The position numbers and the translations under genes are program-made. Positions 33,113 through 42,024 of a stretch of DNA of 64,000 nt are shown piece by piece. The stretch comes from Vicinamibacterales bacterium (GTDB taxonomy: Bacteria; Acidobacteriota; Vicinamibacteria; Vicinamibacterales; SCN-69-37). The stretch is taken from the NCBI GenBank assembly GCA_035550595.1, contig DASZOV010000053.1, forward strand, positions 3,607 through 67,606, read 5' to 3'. Positions within the stretch are counted from its first letter, which is position 1. Each line of letters starts with the position of its first letter. The notes below the pieces were generated by a model, which worked only from the letters and a program-made list of their open reading frames with translations, made no database searches and was not told the DNA's origin.

Positions 33113-33976
33113 ATGGCACGAGGACGCATGATTTCGTGTTCTCTCAGCGTGTCCGAGAAATTCGCGGCGCTCTATACGCAGGCCGGCGAACTCGCCGAGT
33201 TCTGCCAGGCCCTTTATCCGCTGCTCGTCGTCCACAGCGACGACTTCGGCCGGCAACATGGCGATCCGTTCACGGTCAAGCTCGCGTGCCTGCCAATCTC
33301 GCCGCGGCCATTGGAAGACTTCGACCGCGCGCTCGACCATTTGGACGCCGTTGGGCTCATCGCGCGCTATGTCGTCGACGGCAAGCGCTACATCCAGATC
33401 GAGAAGTTCGACGAGCATCAATCAAGTCTCCATAAGCGCACGAAGTCGAAGTTGCCAGCATTCAATGAGTTACAGGATCTTCCGGGAATTTCCGGGAATT
33501 TCCGGGAAACTCCGGGAATTTCCGGGTCAAGAGAAGAGAACAGAACGGAAGAGAAGAGAACGGAAGTACCTCGGGAGATGAAAGATCCATCTCCATCGGT
33601 TGCGCCGTCGGCTCGCAAAGAACGCAAGCCGAACGCCGCGCCGACGCGGGAACTCCTGACCGAATTCGATCGGCTTCATCGCCAGCATCTCGGCGCACCA
33701 GCGGTGATTCAGGGCGGCAAAGACGCCGCGCTCATCGCCCGCCTCTGGCGCAGCCACGGCGAGCGCGTGAGGCCGCTCATGGCTGCATTCTTCTCGTCGC
33801 CAGACCCGTTTATTCGCTCGGCGGGCTACACCGTCGGCCTGTTCGTGACACAAGCCGCGAAGCTCATCGCGCAATCGCGTCCGCCCGCTCGCGCTTCGCC
33901 GCGCCTCGAAACGGTCGCCGAGATGCGGGCACGAATGGCGGCCGAAGATGCCGCGACGGACACGACCACACACTGA
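33113..33976 (+). CDS. putative replication initiator (lambda O-like role) with an internal origin
   Basis: Sits directly upstream of DnaB. Iterons are embedded mid-gene. The N-terminal domain has a winged-helix look. No strong family motif was recalled. Confidence 0.55.
   Translation: MARGRMISCSLSVSEKFAALYTQAGELAEFCQALYPLLVVHSDDFGRQHGDPFTVKLACLPISPRPLEDFDRALDHLDAVGLIARYVVDGKRYIQIEKFDEHQSSLHKRTKSKLPAFNELQDLPGISGNFRETPGISGSREENRTEEKRTEVPREMKDPSPSVAPSARKERKPNAAPTRELLTEFDRLHRQHLGAPAVIQGGKDAALIARLWRSHGERVRPLMAAFFSSPDPFIRSAGYTVGLFVTQAAKLIAQSRPPARASPRLETVAEMRARMAAEDAATDTTTH
33481..33530. repeat. five 10-bp iterons TCCGGGAAtT (putative ori)
   Basis: tccgggaatt tccgggaatt tccgggaaac tccgggaatt tccgggtcaa. 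Followed by 2 x AAGAGAAGAGAAC (33529-33541 and 33549-33561). Confidence 0.9.
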
Positions 33977-33989
33977 CGGGAGCAGACGA

Positions 33990-35318
33990 GTGAGGCAGGA
34001 CATCGACACCACGCACGCGGACGAGGCCGAGCGGGCCGTGCTCGGCGCGTGCCTGATTCGGGAGTCGGCGGTCGACGAAATCGCCGACTGGCTGGAGCCC
34101 GGGCACTTCCGGCGCGGCCATCATCGCGCCGTCTACGCGGCCGTGCTGGACCTGCACCGCCGGGGGCAGCCGTCAGATCTCGTGACGCTGCGTGACGCGC
34201 TCGAAGCGTCGGGCACGCTCGACCAGGTGGGCGGCGTGGCGGTGATTGCCAGCCTCACCGATGGCGTGCCGAAGACGGCGAACGTGGAGCACTACGCCCG
34301 CATCGTCCGCGACAAGGCGCTGATTCGGGCCGTGCGCGACGAATGCCGGCGGCTCGTCGACGAGGCCGAGCGCGAGGGGCAGAGCGGCGCGGCGCTGCTG
34401 GAGCAGGCCGAAGCGGCGATCTATCGCATCGGCTCGACCAGCGTGCGGACGGATTGGGTGTCCGCCGAACAACTCGCCGACGAGCTCGGTCCGGTCGTCG
34501 AGCGGCTGACCGAGCAGCATCAGGCCATCAGCGGTGTGCCGTCCGGGTTGGCGGATCTCGACTGGCTGACGCGCGGCTGGCAGGCGGGGGATCTTGTCGT
34601 GCTCGGTGCCAGACCCTCAAGCGGAAAGACGGCATGCGCGCTGCAATTCGCGATGCGCGCGGCCGTCAATGTGCAGGTGGCGTTTTTCTCGGTCGAGATG
34701 GGGTTGCAGGCGATCGGCTTGCGTGCGCTGACAGCCGAGGCGCAGATCGACGGCTTCAGGCTCATGAGCGGCTACGTGCGCGATGACGTGTCGCTACATC
34801 GACTCGGCGAAGGACTCGCGGCGCTCGGATCGCGCCGGCTGTGGATCGATGAATCGCCGCGCCTGTCGCCGGTGTCGATGCGATCCCGGTTGCGTCGTTT
34901 GCGCTCGATGACCGGGGCGATCGGGCTCGTCATCGTCGACTACCTACAACTGCTTGACCCGTTGCCCGAGCATCGGCGCGAGTCGCGCACAAATCAAGTC
35001 GCTGGCATCAGTCGCGCGCTCAAGGTGATGGCGCGGGAATTCGCGGTGCCGTTCATTGCGCTGGCGCAACTCAACCGGCAACTAGAGCAGGCCGGCGACA
35101 AGCGGCCGAGGTTGAGCGACCTGAAGGATAGCGGCGCGATCGAGCAAGACGCCGACGTCGTGCTGTTCCTCCACCGGCCTGAACTCTACGAGCGGGATAA
35201 GCCCGAACTCGAAGGGCTCGCCGAGTTGCATTTAGCGAAGCACCGCAACGGTCCGCTCGGCACGGTCCCGCTCACGTTCCATAAGGCGCAGATGCGTTTC
35301 GAAGCGAGGCAAGCATGA
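33990..35318 (+). CDS. dnaB: replicative DNA helicase DnaB
   Basis: AERAVLGACL.., Walker A GARPSSGKTACAL, LVIVDYLQL, ALAQLNR and LKDSGAIEQDADVVLFLHR. GTG 33990 follows GGGAG. Confidence 0.9.
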   Translation: MRQDIDTTHADEAERAVLGACLIRESAVDEIADWLEPGHFRRGHHRAVYAAVLDLHRRGQPSDLVTLRDALEASGTLDQVGGVAVIASLTDGVPKTANVEHYARIVRDKALIRAVRDECRRLVDEAEREGQSGAALLEQAEAAIYRIGSTSVRTDWVSAEQLADELGPVVERLTEQHQAISGVPSGLADLDWLTRGWQAGDLVVLGARPSSGKTACALQFAMRAAVNVQVAFFSVEMGLQAIGLRALTAEAQIDGFRLMSGYVRDDVSLHRLGEGLAALGSRRLWIDESPRLSPVSMRSRLRRLRSMTGAIGLVIVDYLQLLDPLPEHRRESRTNQVAGISRALKVMAREFAVPFIALAQLNRQLEQAGDKRPRLSDLKDSGAIEQDADVVLFLHRPELYERDKPELEGLAELHLAKHRNGPLGTVPLTFHKAQMRFEARQA

Positions 35319-35488
35319 CAGATCGCCCATTCGCGGACGCACTGTTGGCGCTCACGCTATCGCTGTCCTACGCGCAACGCGCGGGCGCGCCCATAGATGT
35401 GCTTGACCTGCTCATCGCCGCGAAGGCCGCGCTTTTACGCGAGGAACAGCGGCGATTCGAAGCGGCGCAGACCAGGAGGACGGCATGA
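35315..35488 (+). CDS. small hypothetical protein (57 aa, below the track cutoff)
   Basis: ATGA overlaps at both ends. Frame checked by hand. Confidence 0.35.
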   Translation: MTDRPFADALLALTLSLSYAQRAGAPIDVLDLLIAAKAALLREEQRRFEAAQTRRTA

Positions 35489-35781
35489 AGTCGCCAATGG
35501 ACACGCTAGTTGATCAGGCGTGCGGGTTCGATCCGGCTGAGGCTGACAATCTTTGGAAAAAGCTCGACGTAGAACGCAGAGATGCCGTCATGCAGGCAAT
35601 CGACGAACTGATCGCGTGGTGGCTCTCGAAGCGACCGGAGGGATGGTCGAAGCGTAGACATCTCGCGAATCCGCTTGTTAATCGCCATCTCGGCCTACTA
35701 GAGGAATGCGCATTGGCGACCTCGGCCGCGCGACTCGTTCGCTTGGGATGGACGGTTCCTCGCCGAAGGAAGGCCCGATGA
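35485..35781 (+). CDS. hypothetical protein
   Basis: Coupled ORF, 98 aa. Confidence 0.45.
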   Translation: MKSPMDTLVDQACGFDPAEADNLWKKLDVERRDAVMQAIDELIAWWLSKRPEGWSKRRHLANPLVNRHLGLLEECALATSAARLVRLGWTVPRRRKAR

Positions 35782-36083
35782 GCGACTACGCCCTGACGCC
35801 GTACGAGCCGCCTGCTCGCGTCGAGCCGGTGAAGGAGACTCGCGCCGAAACTCGCCACCGGCTGGAAGCGCGACGGCAGGCCGAGATGGTGCGCCGACAC
35901 GGCGTGGGACCGGAAGGCGCGACGTGCGGCGAATGTGCGTCATTCGTCACCGTAGAAGGCAACACACGCAATTACCTCAAGTGCCGCCGGTATGGCCTGT
36001 CGCGCGCGGAGTCGACGGACTGGCGCGCGAAGTGGGCGGCCTGCGGGGCATTTACGCCGCGTGACGCGGCACAGAAGGGATGA
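35778..36083 (+). CDS. hypothetical protein
   Basis: ATGA coupling. 101 aa, CGEC motif. Confidence 0.45.
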   Translation: MSDYALTPYEPPARVEPVKETRAETRHRLEARRQAEMVRRHGVGPEGATCGECASFVTVEGNTRNYLKCRRYGLSRAESTDWRAKWAACGAFTPRDAAQKG

Positions 36084-36087
36084 GGCG

Positions 36088-37341
36088 ATGACGAACGAGA
36101 GCACGAAATGGCCGTATGTCGTCCGACAGGACAACGCCGCGTGCGATGAGTGCGGCGCGGGCGCGTATTGGAGCGTGGTATTCGCGCTCGAAGACGTGGC
36201 GCTATCGACGAGTTTTGAGGACCGCGACGAGGCGGAACATCGCGCCCATGAAGTCAACGAGGCGTACCGGCGCGGGAAGGAGGCGGCGATGACCGCATCC
36301 GCTGAATCTGCTCGTCGCCTCGAAGACCTACGCGTCGCGCTGATCCGCGCGATCAATACCGCGTTGGCCCATGCTGGCGTCGAGTTGCCGGCGTCGGCGG
36401 CAGCGACGGTGGAACCAACAGCGACCGTCTGGACGCCAGAGTTCGCGGCGGCGTTTGATGCCTCCACGCCCACCGACGAGCAACGCCTGACCGCGACCGT
36501 CGAGGGGTGTCGCGCCCAACTGGAGGCCGAACGAGAGTTGCACCGCGAGGAGATGGCCGCCATCACGGCCGAACGTGCGGCGCTCGCCGACTATCTCCAG
36601 GACGGCGAGACAGTCGTTGAGTGCGTCAAGCGGATCGCGGCTGAGCGGGACCGCTGGCGGGCAGAGGTCGGGAGTGCGCAGTCGGCCAGGGCTGAGGCCA
36701 CGTCCCGCGCCGAAGGGCTGGAGGTTGAGCGGGATCGCTATCGCCGCGCTGTCGACGAACTGATCACTCGCATCAATCGCGCCGAGCGATCGGCGGCGGA
36801 TGAAAAGCGGCTGGGCGACGACGCCCGCCGCGCCCTTGCCGATGCCACGCGCTGGCGGCCGATGAGCGAAGCGAAGGCGGGCGCTGAAGTAGTGATGTGC
36901 GGCCGCTTCGGCTGCCAAACCACGACCAACGCCGGCCATTACGCCGAGTCTCCGGGCGCCTTCGGCTGGCTCCCGCTCCCGCCGCTCCCGACCGCGCCGG
37001 TCACGGAGACCACGCCGGCCGCGCCGCCTGACCCGAACGTCTTCACGGCGACCGTTCGCGCGGCGAGCACCGTCATTCCGCGAGAAGACGCGGGGGCGGA
37101 TGCGCCATCTGACGACCTCGAACCCACCGGCTACGAGGAACTCAAGAACCGGAGCGCCGAGGTCATCGACCGGATTTGGCATCGGTATCCGACATGCACG
37201 GCCCCCTGGACGAGCCTCTGCTCGTCCATGTCTCACGGATTCGTCTGCACCCGCAAGGGAAACCATGCGGGGCCGCATGTGGCGTACGGCGCCCGCCCGT
37301 TCGCCTGGTGGCCGAATCACCCGGCGCCGGAGGCGAAGTAG
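36088..37341 (+). CDS. coiled-coil hypothetical protein (417 aa)
   Basis: ATG 36088 within ORF 35992..37341. Central Ala/Glu/Arg coiled coil and a Cys/His-containing C-terminal domain. Confidence 0.55.
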   Translation: MTNESTKWPYVVRQDNAACDECGAGAYWSVVFALEDVALSTSFEDRDEAEHRAHEVNEAYRRGKEAAMTASAESARRLEDLRVALIRAINTALAHAGVELPASAAATVEPTATVWTPEFAAAFDASTPTDEQRLTATVEGCRAQLEAERELHREEMAAITAERAALADYLQDGETVVECVKRIAAERDRWRAEVGSAQSARAEATSRAEGLEVERDRYRRAVDELITRINRAERSAADEKRLGDDARRALADATRWRPMSEAKAGAEVVMCGRFGCQTTTNAGHYAESPGAFGWLPLPPLPTAPVTETTPAAPPDPNVFTATVRAASTVIPREDAGADAPSDDLEPTGYEELKNRSAEVIDRIWHRYPTCTAPWTSLCSSMSHGFVCTRKGNHAGPHVAYGARPFAWWPNHPAPEAK

Positions 37342-37491
37342 ATGGCGCTGACCGCGGCGATCGCGTCCGTGATGGGACAGACACTGCTGCTCGCGTGGAG
37401 CGGCGAGACGTTCGTGCTCAGCGCGACGCCTGTCTGGGTGCGGCCGGTGGCGGTGGCGCTCAGCGTGGCCACGCCGATGAGGACGGAGTAA
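37342..37491 (+). CDS. possible small membrane protein (49 aa)
   Basis: TAGATG junction and hydrophobic sequence. It competes with antisense ORF 37317..37523. Confidence 0.25.
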   Translation: MALTAAIASVMGQTLLLAWSGETFVLSATPVWVRPVAVALSVATPMRTE

Positions 37492-37494
37492 CCC

Positions 37495-37935
37495 ATGCCG
37501 AAACTGACCACAGAAGAACTCACGCAGATCGCGACGCGTGGCTACGTCTCCATCAACGGCGAGACGGCGCGGCAGATCGTTTCCGAACTCATTGAGCGCC
37601 GTGTGGCTGATCCGCAGCCGATCCACATCAACGACACGACCGTCGCGCGAATCGCTGGCCACATCGCCGGGCACATCTGGTCAGCGTGTGACGATCCGTC
37701 ACCAAAGGATAGCGACGTCGCGCACGATGCTGTCTTGTTCGCCCGCGCCATCGTGGCCGAAGTGCGGCGCACCGAGCCGACGCTGGCCAAGTCGAATCGA
37801 TTTGACTGTGCGAACTGCGGCGTCGGCGTGGCCGTCGACGAAGACGGCTGTTGCCAGACGTGCGGGAACGACTCGTCGGTCGTGATCGACGGCGTTGTCT
37901 TCCGGAATCCGGTCCGCGCTGAGGAGTCCCGCTAA
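37495..37935 (+). CDS. hypothetical protein with a C-terminal zinc ribbon
   Basis: CANCG..CCQTCG. Confidence 0.5.
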   Translation: MPKLTTEELTQIATRGYVSINGETARQIVSELIERRVADPQPIHINDTTVARIAGHIAGHIWSACDDPSPKDSDVAHDAVLFARAIVAEVRRTEPTLAKSNRFDCANCGVGVAVDEDGCCQTCGNDSSVVIDGVVFRNPVRAEESR

Positions 37936-38162
37936 TGCCACGAGTGATCCGTCAATTGCCGTCGCGCTACGCGGACACATTTCGGCAAATAAACGTTGAA
38001 AGCGGTCCACCGATCATGACGTCCGTTGGCCCAATCAAGCGGTTACGAAAGTTCTGGGAGTGTCGACTCTGCGGCATGCACATACGGCCGAACGCCGCCG
38101 GTGCCCAGTCGCACAAGGCAATGCACGTTCGGCAAGCGTTGCGCCATGAGGAGTCCCGCTGA
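37935..38162 (+). CDS. small hypothetical protein
   Basis: TAATG coupling. CRLCG. Confidence 0.4.
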   Translation: MPRVIRQLPSRYADTFRQINVESGPPIMTSVGPIKRLRKFWECRLCGMHIRPNAAGAQSHKAMHVRQALRHEESR

Positions 38163-38533
38163 TGCCGCCTATCACCGATCCCGTCGTGATCGCGGTAGTG
38201 CGTCAGGTCCAGCGTGAGTTGACGCCGGAGAACTATGACCAACGGCAGTGGTGCGGTACGGCGTGTTGTATTGCCGGACACATTGAGCGCGTCGCGCGAC
38301 AGGTATGCCCTGACCGATTGGTCGGCGACACGCATTGTGAGCGCGCGGCGGAAGTGCTCGGCATTGATGCCGATCTCGCCGATGGCAATCTATTTGATGC
38401 CTCGCCTTACCTCAGTTGGCCGGCACCGTTCTCTGACGACTGGGACGACACGATGGATCAGTTCGATCGTGACGAATGGCGCGTGGCCATCGCCCGCCGC
38501 CGCCTCGACTACTTCCTGGAGACCGGCGAATGA
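38162..38533 (+). CDS. hypothetical protein
   Basis: TGATG coupling. 123 aa. Confidence 0.5.
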   Translation: MPPITDPVVIAVVRQVQRELTPENYDQRQWCGTACCIAGHIERVARQVCPDRLVGDTHCERAAEVLGIDADLADGNLFDASPYLSWPAPFSDDWDDTMDQFDRDEWRVAIARRRLDYFLETGE

Positions 38534-39051
38534 CACGAAGCTGCTACAGCGAAGACTTCGGCGACGACTATCCCGGCCAGATGGAGCTATATCGCGCGAA
38601 CGTGCGCCGCTCCATCCGAAGCGCGAAGGGGCAGGCCCGCCTGCGCGAACTGCGCGACGCGCTCGACGCCATGCCTGAGAAGCGGCTCGCGGCGGACGTA
38701 TTCCTTGATCCGGCCAACGCCTGCGCGCTCGGCGTGTGGGCGCGCGCGCATCGCGGGATGAATGCCGCGCTCGATGCGGCGGTGGACGGATTCGATGGCG
38801 ACGATCAGGGCACGGCCGATCTGTTGGGTAAATTCGGCTGGCCGCGCCTGGTCGTGCTGGATCTCGTCTACGAGAACGACCGTCACGAGACCGTCCGTGA
38901 GCCGGATCGACTCGGTCCGCATGACTCGCCGTACGCCTACTGCACCGGCCGCGATTGGCCCCTGCGTAAGTGGCGCAGCGAGACCGACGAGGAACGACAC
39001 GCGCGCGTGCTGGCGTGGGTGAAGGGGCAGATCGTGGAGGCCCGCGCATGA
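38530..39051 (+). CDS. hypothetical protein
   Basis: ATGA coupling. 173 aa. Confidence 0.5.
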   Translation: MTRSCYSEDFGDDYPGQMELYRANVRRSIRSAKGQARLRELRDALDAMPEKRLAADVFLDPANACALGVWARAHRGMNAALDAAVDGFDGDDQGTADLLGKFGWPRLVVLDLVYENDRHETVREPDRLGPHDSPYAYCTGRDWPLRKWRSETDEERHARVLAWVKGQIVEARA

Positions 39052-39257
39052 CCGTCTATGTCATCACCTGCACCGATCCGGCCGATCGTGGATCGGAATG
39101 CTGGCCGCATGGCGTCTATCGGTCGCAAGATGCCGCGCGCAACGCGTATCGGCGGCTCTGTCATGACTCGTATGTGACCGTGCGACTCAATGCAGTCCGT
39201 GTGCATGAGCCGCGCCGTCAGGCCAAGCGGAGAAAAAGCGTGTGCTCGAACCGATGA
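39048..39257 (+). CDS. small hypothetical protein
   Basis: ATGA coupling. 69 aa. Confidence 0.4.
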   Translation: MTVYVITCTDPADRGSECWPHGVYRSQDAARNAYRRLCHDSYVTVRLNAVRVHEPRRQAKRRKSVCSNR

Positions 39258-39433
39258 TTCCGATCCTGCACGATCGCGCGCTGCCAACATCGCGTGTCAT
39301 CGAACCATACCCACACGACCGCACCGGTGTGCAGCCCGTGCGGGCAGTCGAGCAGGTAATGGCCGTGGGGCGCACTGTCGTCGTCCCACTCGATCAGGCG
39401 GACGTGAGCGTCGGGTCGGTCAGGTGGTCGCAT
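39218..39433 (-). CDS. possible opposite-strand small protein (71 aa)
   Basis: Sequence WDDDSAPHGHYLLDCPHGLHTGAVVWVWFDDTRCWQRAIV looks globular (SH3/Tudor-like). It competes with plus-strand ORF 39242..39481. Confidence 0.3.
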   Translation of the reverse strand: MRPPDRPDAHVRLIEWDDDSAPHGHYLLDCPHGLHTGAVVWVWFDDTRCWQRAIVQDRNHRFEHTLFLRLA

Positions 39434-39477
39434 GCCGGGCAGTCTAGCGCGGCGGGTGGGACAGGGCAGGTCAGAGG

Positions 39478-39924
39478 GTGAAGAGTCTGGAAGTAGTCCC
39501 GCTCACGCTCGCTGAGGCGAATGCTTTCGTGGCGCGTCACCATCGCCATCACGGCGTGGTGCGTGGGCACAAGTTCTCGCTCGGCGTCGATCACGACGGG
39601 AGCATCGTGGGCGTCGCCATTGTTGGCCGCCCGGTATCGCGAGTGCTCGACAACGGGTGGACGCTCGAAGTGACGCGCGTCTGCACAGACGGGACGAAAA
39701 ATGCGGCGTCGATGCTCTACGGAGCATGCCGTCGCGCCACGTTCGCACTGGGATATCGACGGCTCGTGACCTACATCTTGCAACGTGAGTCCGGCGTGTC
39801 GCTGCGCGCCGCTGGCTGGCGCGTGGTTGGCGAATCGCGCGGCGGCTCGTGGTCACGGCACTCGCGTCCGCGCGTGGATACACATCCGATGGAGGCGAAA
39901 TTGAGATACGAGGCAACGGAATGA
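39478..39924 (+). CDS. XF1762-family (GNAT-fold-like) phage protein
   Basis: ANAFVARHHRHHGVVRGHKFSLGV..VGVAIVGRPVSR..LEVTRVCTDGTKNAASMLYGA..GYRRLVTYILQRESGVSLRAAGW. Confidence 0.65.
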   Translation: MKSLEVVPLTLAEANAFVARHHRHHGVVRGHKFSLGVDHDGSIVGVAIVGRPVSRVLDNGWTLEVTRVCTDGTKNAASMLYGACRRATFALGYRRLVTYILQRESGVSLRAAGWRVVGESRGGSWSRHSRPRVDTHPMEAKLRYEATE

Positions 39925-40069
39925 ACCGCGCGACCCGAGACAAGTTCGTGAGCGGCACGGACCAGCGGAACCTGACGAGCGGTAACGGTGCTAAAATAAG
40001 CGGAGCGCGACGGTGCTGACAACACCGCCACGCCCCTCACCACAACGCGCGGATAGGAGCCGCGCTGCC

Positions 40070-40585
40070 ATGGCTATTCAGCAGTCTAGCAAACGGTCGA
40101 GAAGAGGCGTAGCGAGCCAGGCCCCGCGCCTGTTGACTGCAGGTGATGCGCTCGCGCGGTCGGCCGCGTCGCAACGTTTTTTGGCGAAGGTTCACAAGAT
40201 ATCGTCAGGATGTTGGTTGTGGACGGGCGCCAAGAAAGAGACTGGCTACGGAATGATGCGAGTGTGCGGCCGGATCACTGGCGCTCATCGCGCGGCCTAC
40301 CTGTTATTGGTCGGCGATATTCCTGCCGACCGCGAGGTCGATCACTTATGCCGTAATCGCGGATGCGTCAACCCGGCTCATCTTGAGTTGGTCACACATA
40401 AGGAAAATTCAATGCGCGGCGACACGATCTCGTCGCGCAACGCGGCGAAAACACATTGCGCGAACGGGCACGAGTTCGCCGTCCACGGGATGATCAGTCG
40501 GCGCGGGTCGCGCGTGTGTCGGTTATGTCGGAATCAACGCAAGCGCGAATGGAAGGAGCGGAGGCGGCTGTGCAGCGCAGCGTAA
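40070..40585 (+). CDS. HNH endonuclease (HNH_3 type)
   Basis: CWLWTGAKKETGYGMM..AHRAAYLL..VDHLCRNRGCVNPAHLELVTHKEN. Confidence 0.8.
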   Translation: MAIQQSSKRSRRGVASQAPRLLTAGDALARSAASQRFLAKVHKISSGCWLWTGAKKETGYGMMRVCGRITGAHRAAYLLLVGDIPADREVDHLCRNRGCVNPAHLELVTHKENSMRGDTISSRNAAKTHCANGHEFAVHGMISRRGSRVCRLCRNQRKREWKERRRLCSAA

Positions 40586-41202
40586 GGGACCGATTTGTCA
40601 GCGGCACGGGCGCGCCGACTTCGCCGTCGGCTATGTGGCAGACCCCGCCGGCCGTCTTCGCCGCACTCCACGAGCAAATCCACTTCGACCTCGACCTCTG
40701 CGCTGACGTCGATCGCGCGCTCCTGCCGCGCTGGTTCGGGCCTGGCAGCGAACTCGCCAAGGACGCGCTGACGGCCGCATGGATGAGGTATGGCGAACGA
40801 GGATTTTGCAACCCGCCGTACGGCGTCTTCATCCGTGACCTCCTCGTCAAGGCCAGCGCCGAGCAGGTCAACGGCTTCCTGTCGGCGCTGCTGCTGCCGG
40901 TGCGGATGACGCGGGCCTTTCACGAATTCGTGTTGTCCGGCGACGCGCGGATCTTGATGTGCGACCGGCGGATCGCGTTCTTTGAGGACGGCCTGCCACG
41001 GCTTAACGAGCGGACCTGGCGCGAGAAGGGGAAGGCCATCGCCGACCCGGCGCTGTTCGATTCGATGATTGTTGTCTTCGACCCGTCGCGTATGGGCCAG
41101 GCCACGACGATCGAGACGTGGCGTGTGCCGCCGCACGTCAGCAAGGACGACCTGGCGCGGGCCGCCGAGGCGCGGCTGGCGCGGGAGTGGGCGACCGCAT
41201 GA
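40525..41202 (+). CDS. phage N6-adenine DNA methyltransferase (Dam family)
   Basis: WQTPPAVFAAL..FDLDLCA..FCNPPYG. The start is uncertain (40525 or 40633). Confidence 0.8.
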   Translation: MSESTQARMEGAEAAVQRSVRDRFVSGTGAPTSPSAMWQTPPAVFAALHEQIHFDLDLCADVDRALLPRWFGPGSELAKDALTAAWMRYGERGFCNPPYGVFIRDLLVKASAEQVNGFLSALLLPVRMTRAFHEFVLSGDARILMCDRRIAFFEDGLPRLNERTWREKGKAIADPALFDSMIVVFDPSRMGQATTIETWRVPPHVSKDDLARAAEARLAREWATA

Positions 41203-41456
41203 CGGAGCGGACCGCTTCTGGGCATCCCATCAGACGCTGTCGCCTCTGTGCTGAGCGATGGGCGCAAGATAGTCGTGGTTTGTGCCGGTCCTGCGGGCGT
41301 GACTCTCCGCGTCCGTCCAGTAGAGGGCAGATTCACGAGCGATGGATATCGGCTCAGGCAGAGACATGCGCGCGGCGATTGCCGCGATCCATGGGTCCGA
41401 TCGGCACTATCACTTATGGAGGCGTCGAGTTCGATGTGATGTGGAATGGGACGTAA
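41199..41456 (+). CDS. small hypothetical protein
   Basis: ATGA coupling. CRLC..CRSCG. Confidence 0.4.
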   Translation: MTERTASGHPIRRCRLCAERWAQDSRGLCRSCGRDSPRPSSRGQIHERWISAQAETCARRLPRSMGPIGTITYGGVEFDVMWNGT

Positions 41457-41637
41457 ACGGTCGACGCCCACTGACGCCATCGCCATCCTCATGCGCTACC
41501 ACGATGCCGCCTGGGACGCGATGCATGACGCGGCCACCATTCAGCGCGATCGACGCCGCGCCGAGCGTGAGGTGCGCGCGTTCGCGCTGGCGATTCGGGT
41601 GCTGGAGCGCGACATTCACGCGGAGGGCGCGCTGTGA
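41446..41637 (+). CDS. small hypothetical protein
   Basis: 63-aa ORF overlapping both neighbours. Confidence 0.4.
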   Translation: MGRKRSTPTDAIAILMRYHDAAWDAMHDAATIQRDRRRAEREVRAFALAIRVLERDIHAEGAL

Positions 41638-42020
41638 GACGCCGCTCCCGCCATCCCGGCGCCCGTCGCCGCCCTGTCACCACGGCCGACCACGTGGCGC
41701 ATCTCGTCGGCCAGTGCCGCCTAGCCGGCCTCCCGCTGCCGGAGCGGGAACTCCGCTTCTGGCCGGGCCGACGCTTCGCCTTCGATCTGGCGTGGCCGGA
41801 TCGACGCTTGGCCGTGGAGATCGACGGCGGCGTGTGGACGGCGGGCCGCCACGTGCGGGGCGCAGGCTATACGCGTGATTGCGTCAAGTTCGCGGAGGCG
41901 GCCATTCGCGGCTGGATCGTGATCCGCGTCACGACCGGGCATGTCGTGTCCGGGGAAGCCGTGGAGTGGGTGCGGAGATTTCTAGAACGCGACGAAGCGC
42001 CTGACGGCGCGAAGGAGTAG
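41634..42020 (+). CDS. Vsr/DUF559-like PD-(D/E)xK endonuclease
   Basis: RELRFWPGRRFAFDLAWPDRRLAVEIDGGVW..GWIVIRVT. Confidence 0.6.
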   Translation: MRRRSRHPGARRRPVTTADHVAHLVGQCRLAGLPLPERELRFWPGRRFAFDLAWPDRRLAVEIDGGVWTAGRHVRGAGYTRDCVKFAEAAIRGWIVIRVTTGHVVSGEAVEWVRRFLERDEAPDGAKE

Positions 42021-42024
42021 ACCG

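Noticed and set aside
31519-33129. Long ORFs on the minus strand and in other plus frames across the repeat (317, 466, 257, 385, 159 and 196 aa)
   Set aside because: All are shadow frames kept open by the GC-rich 27-bp repeat. Their translations are Arg/Pro/His low-complexity periodic strings. They lack RBSs and break the coupled plus-strand operon.
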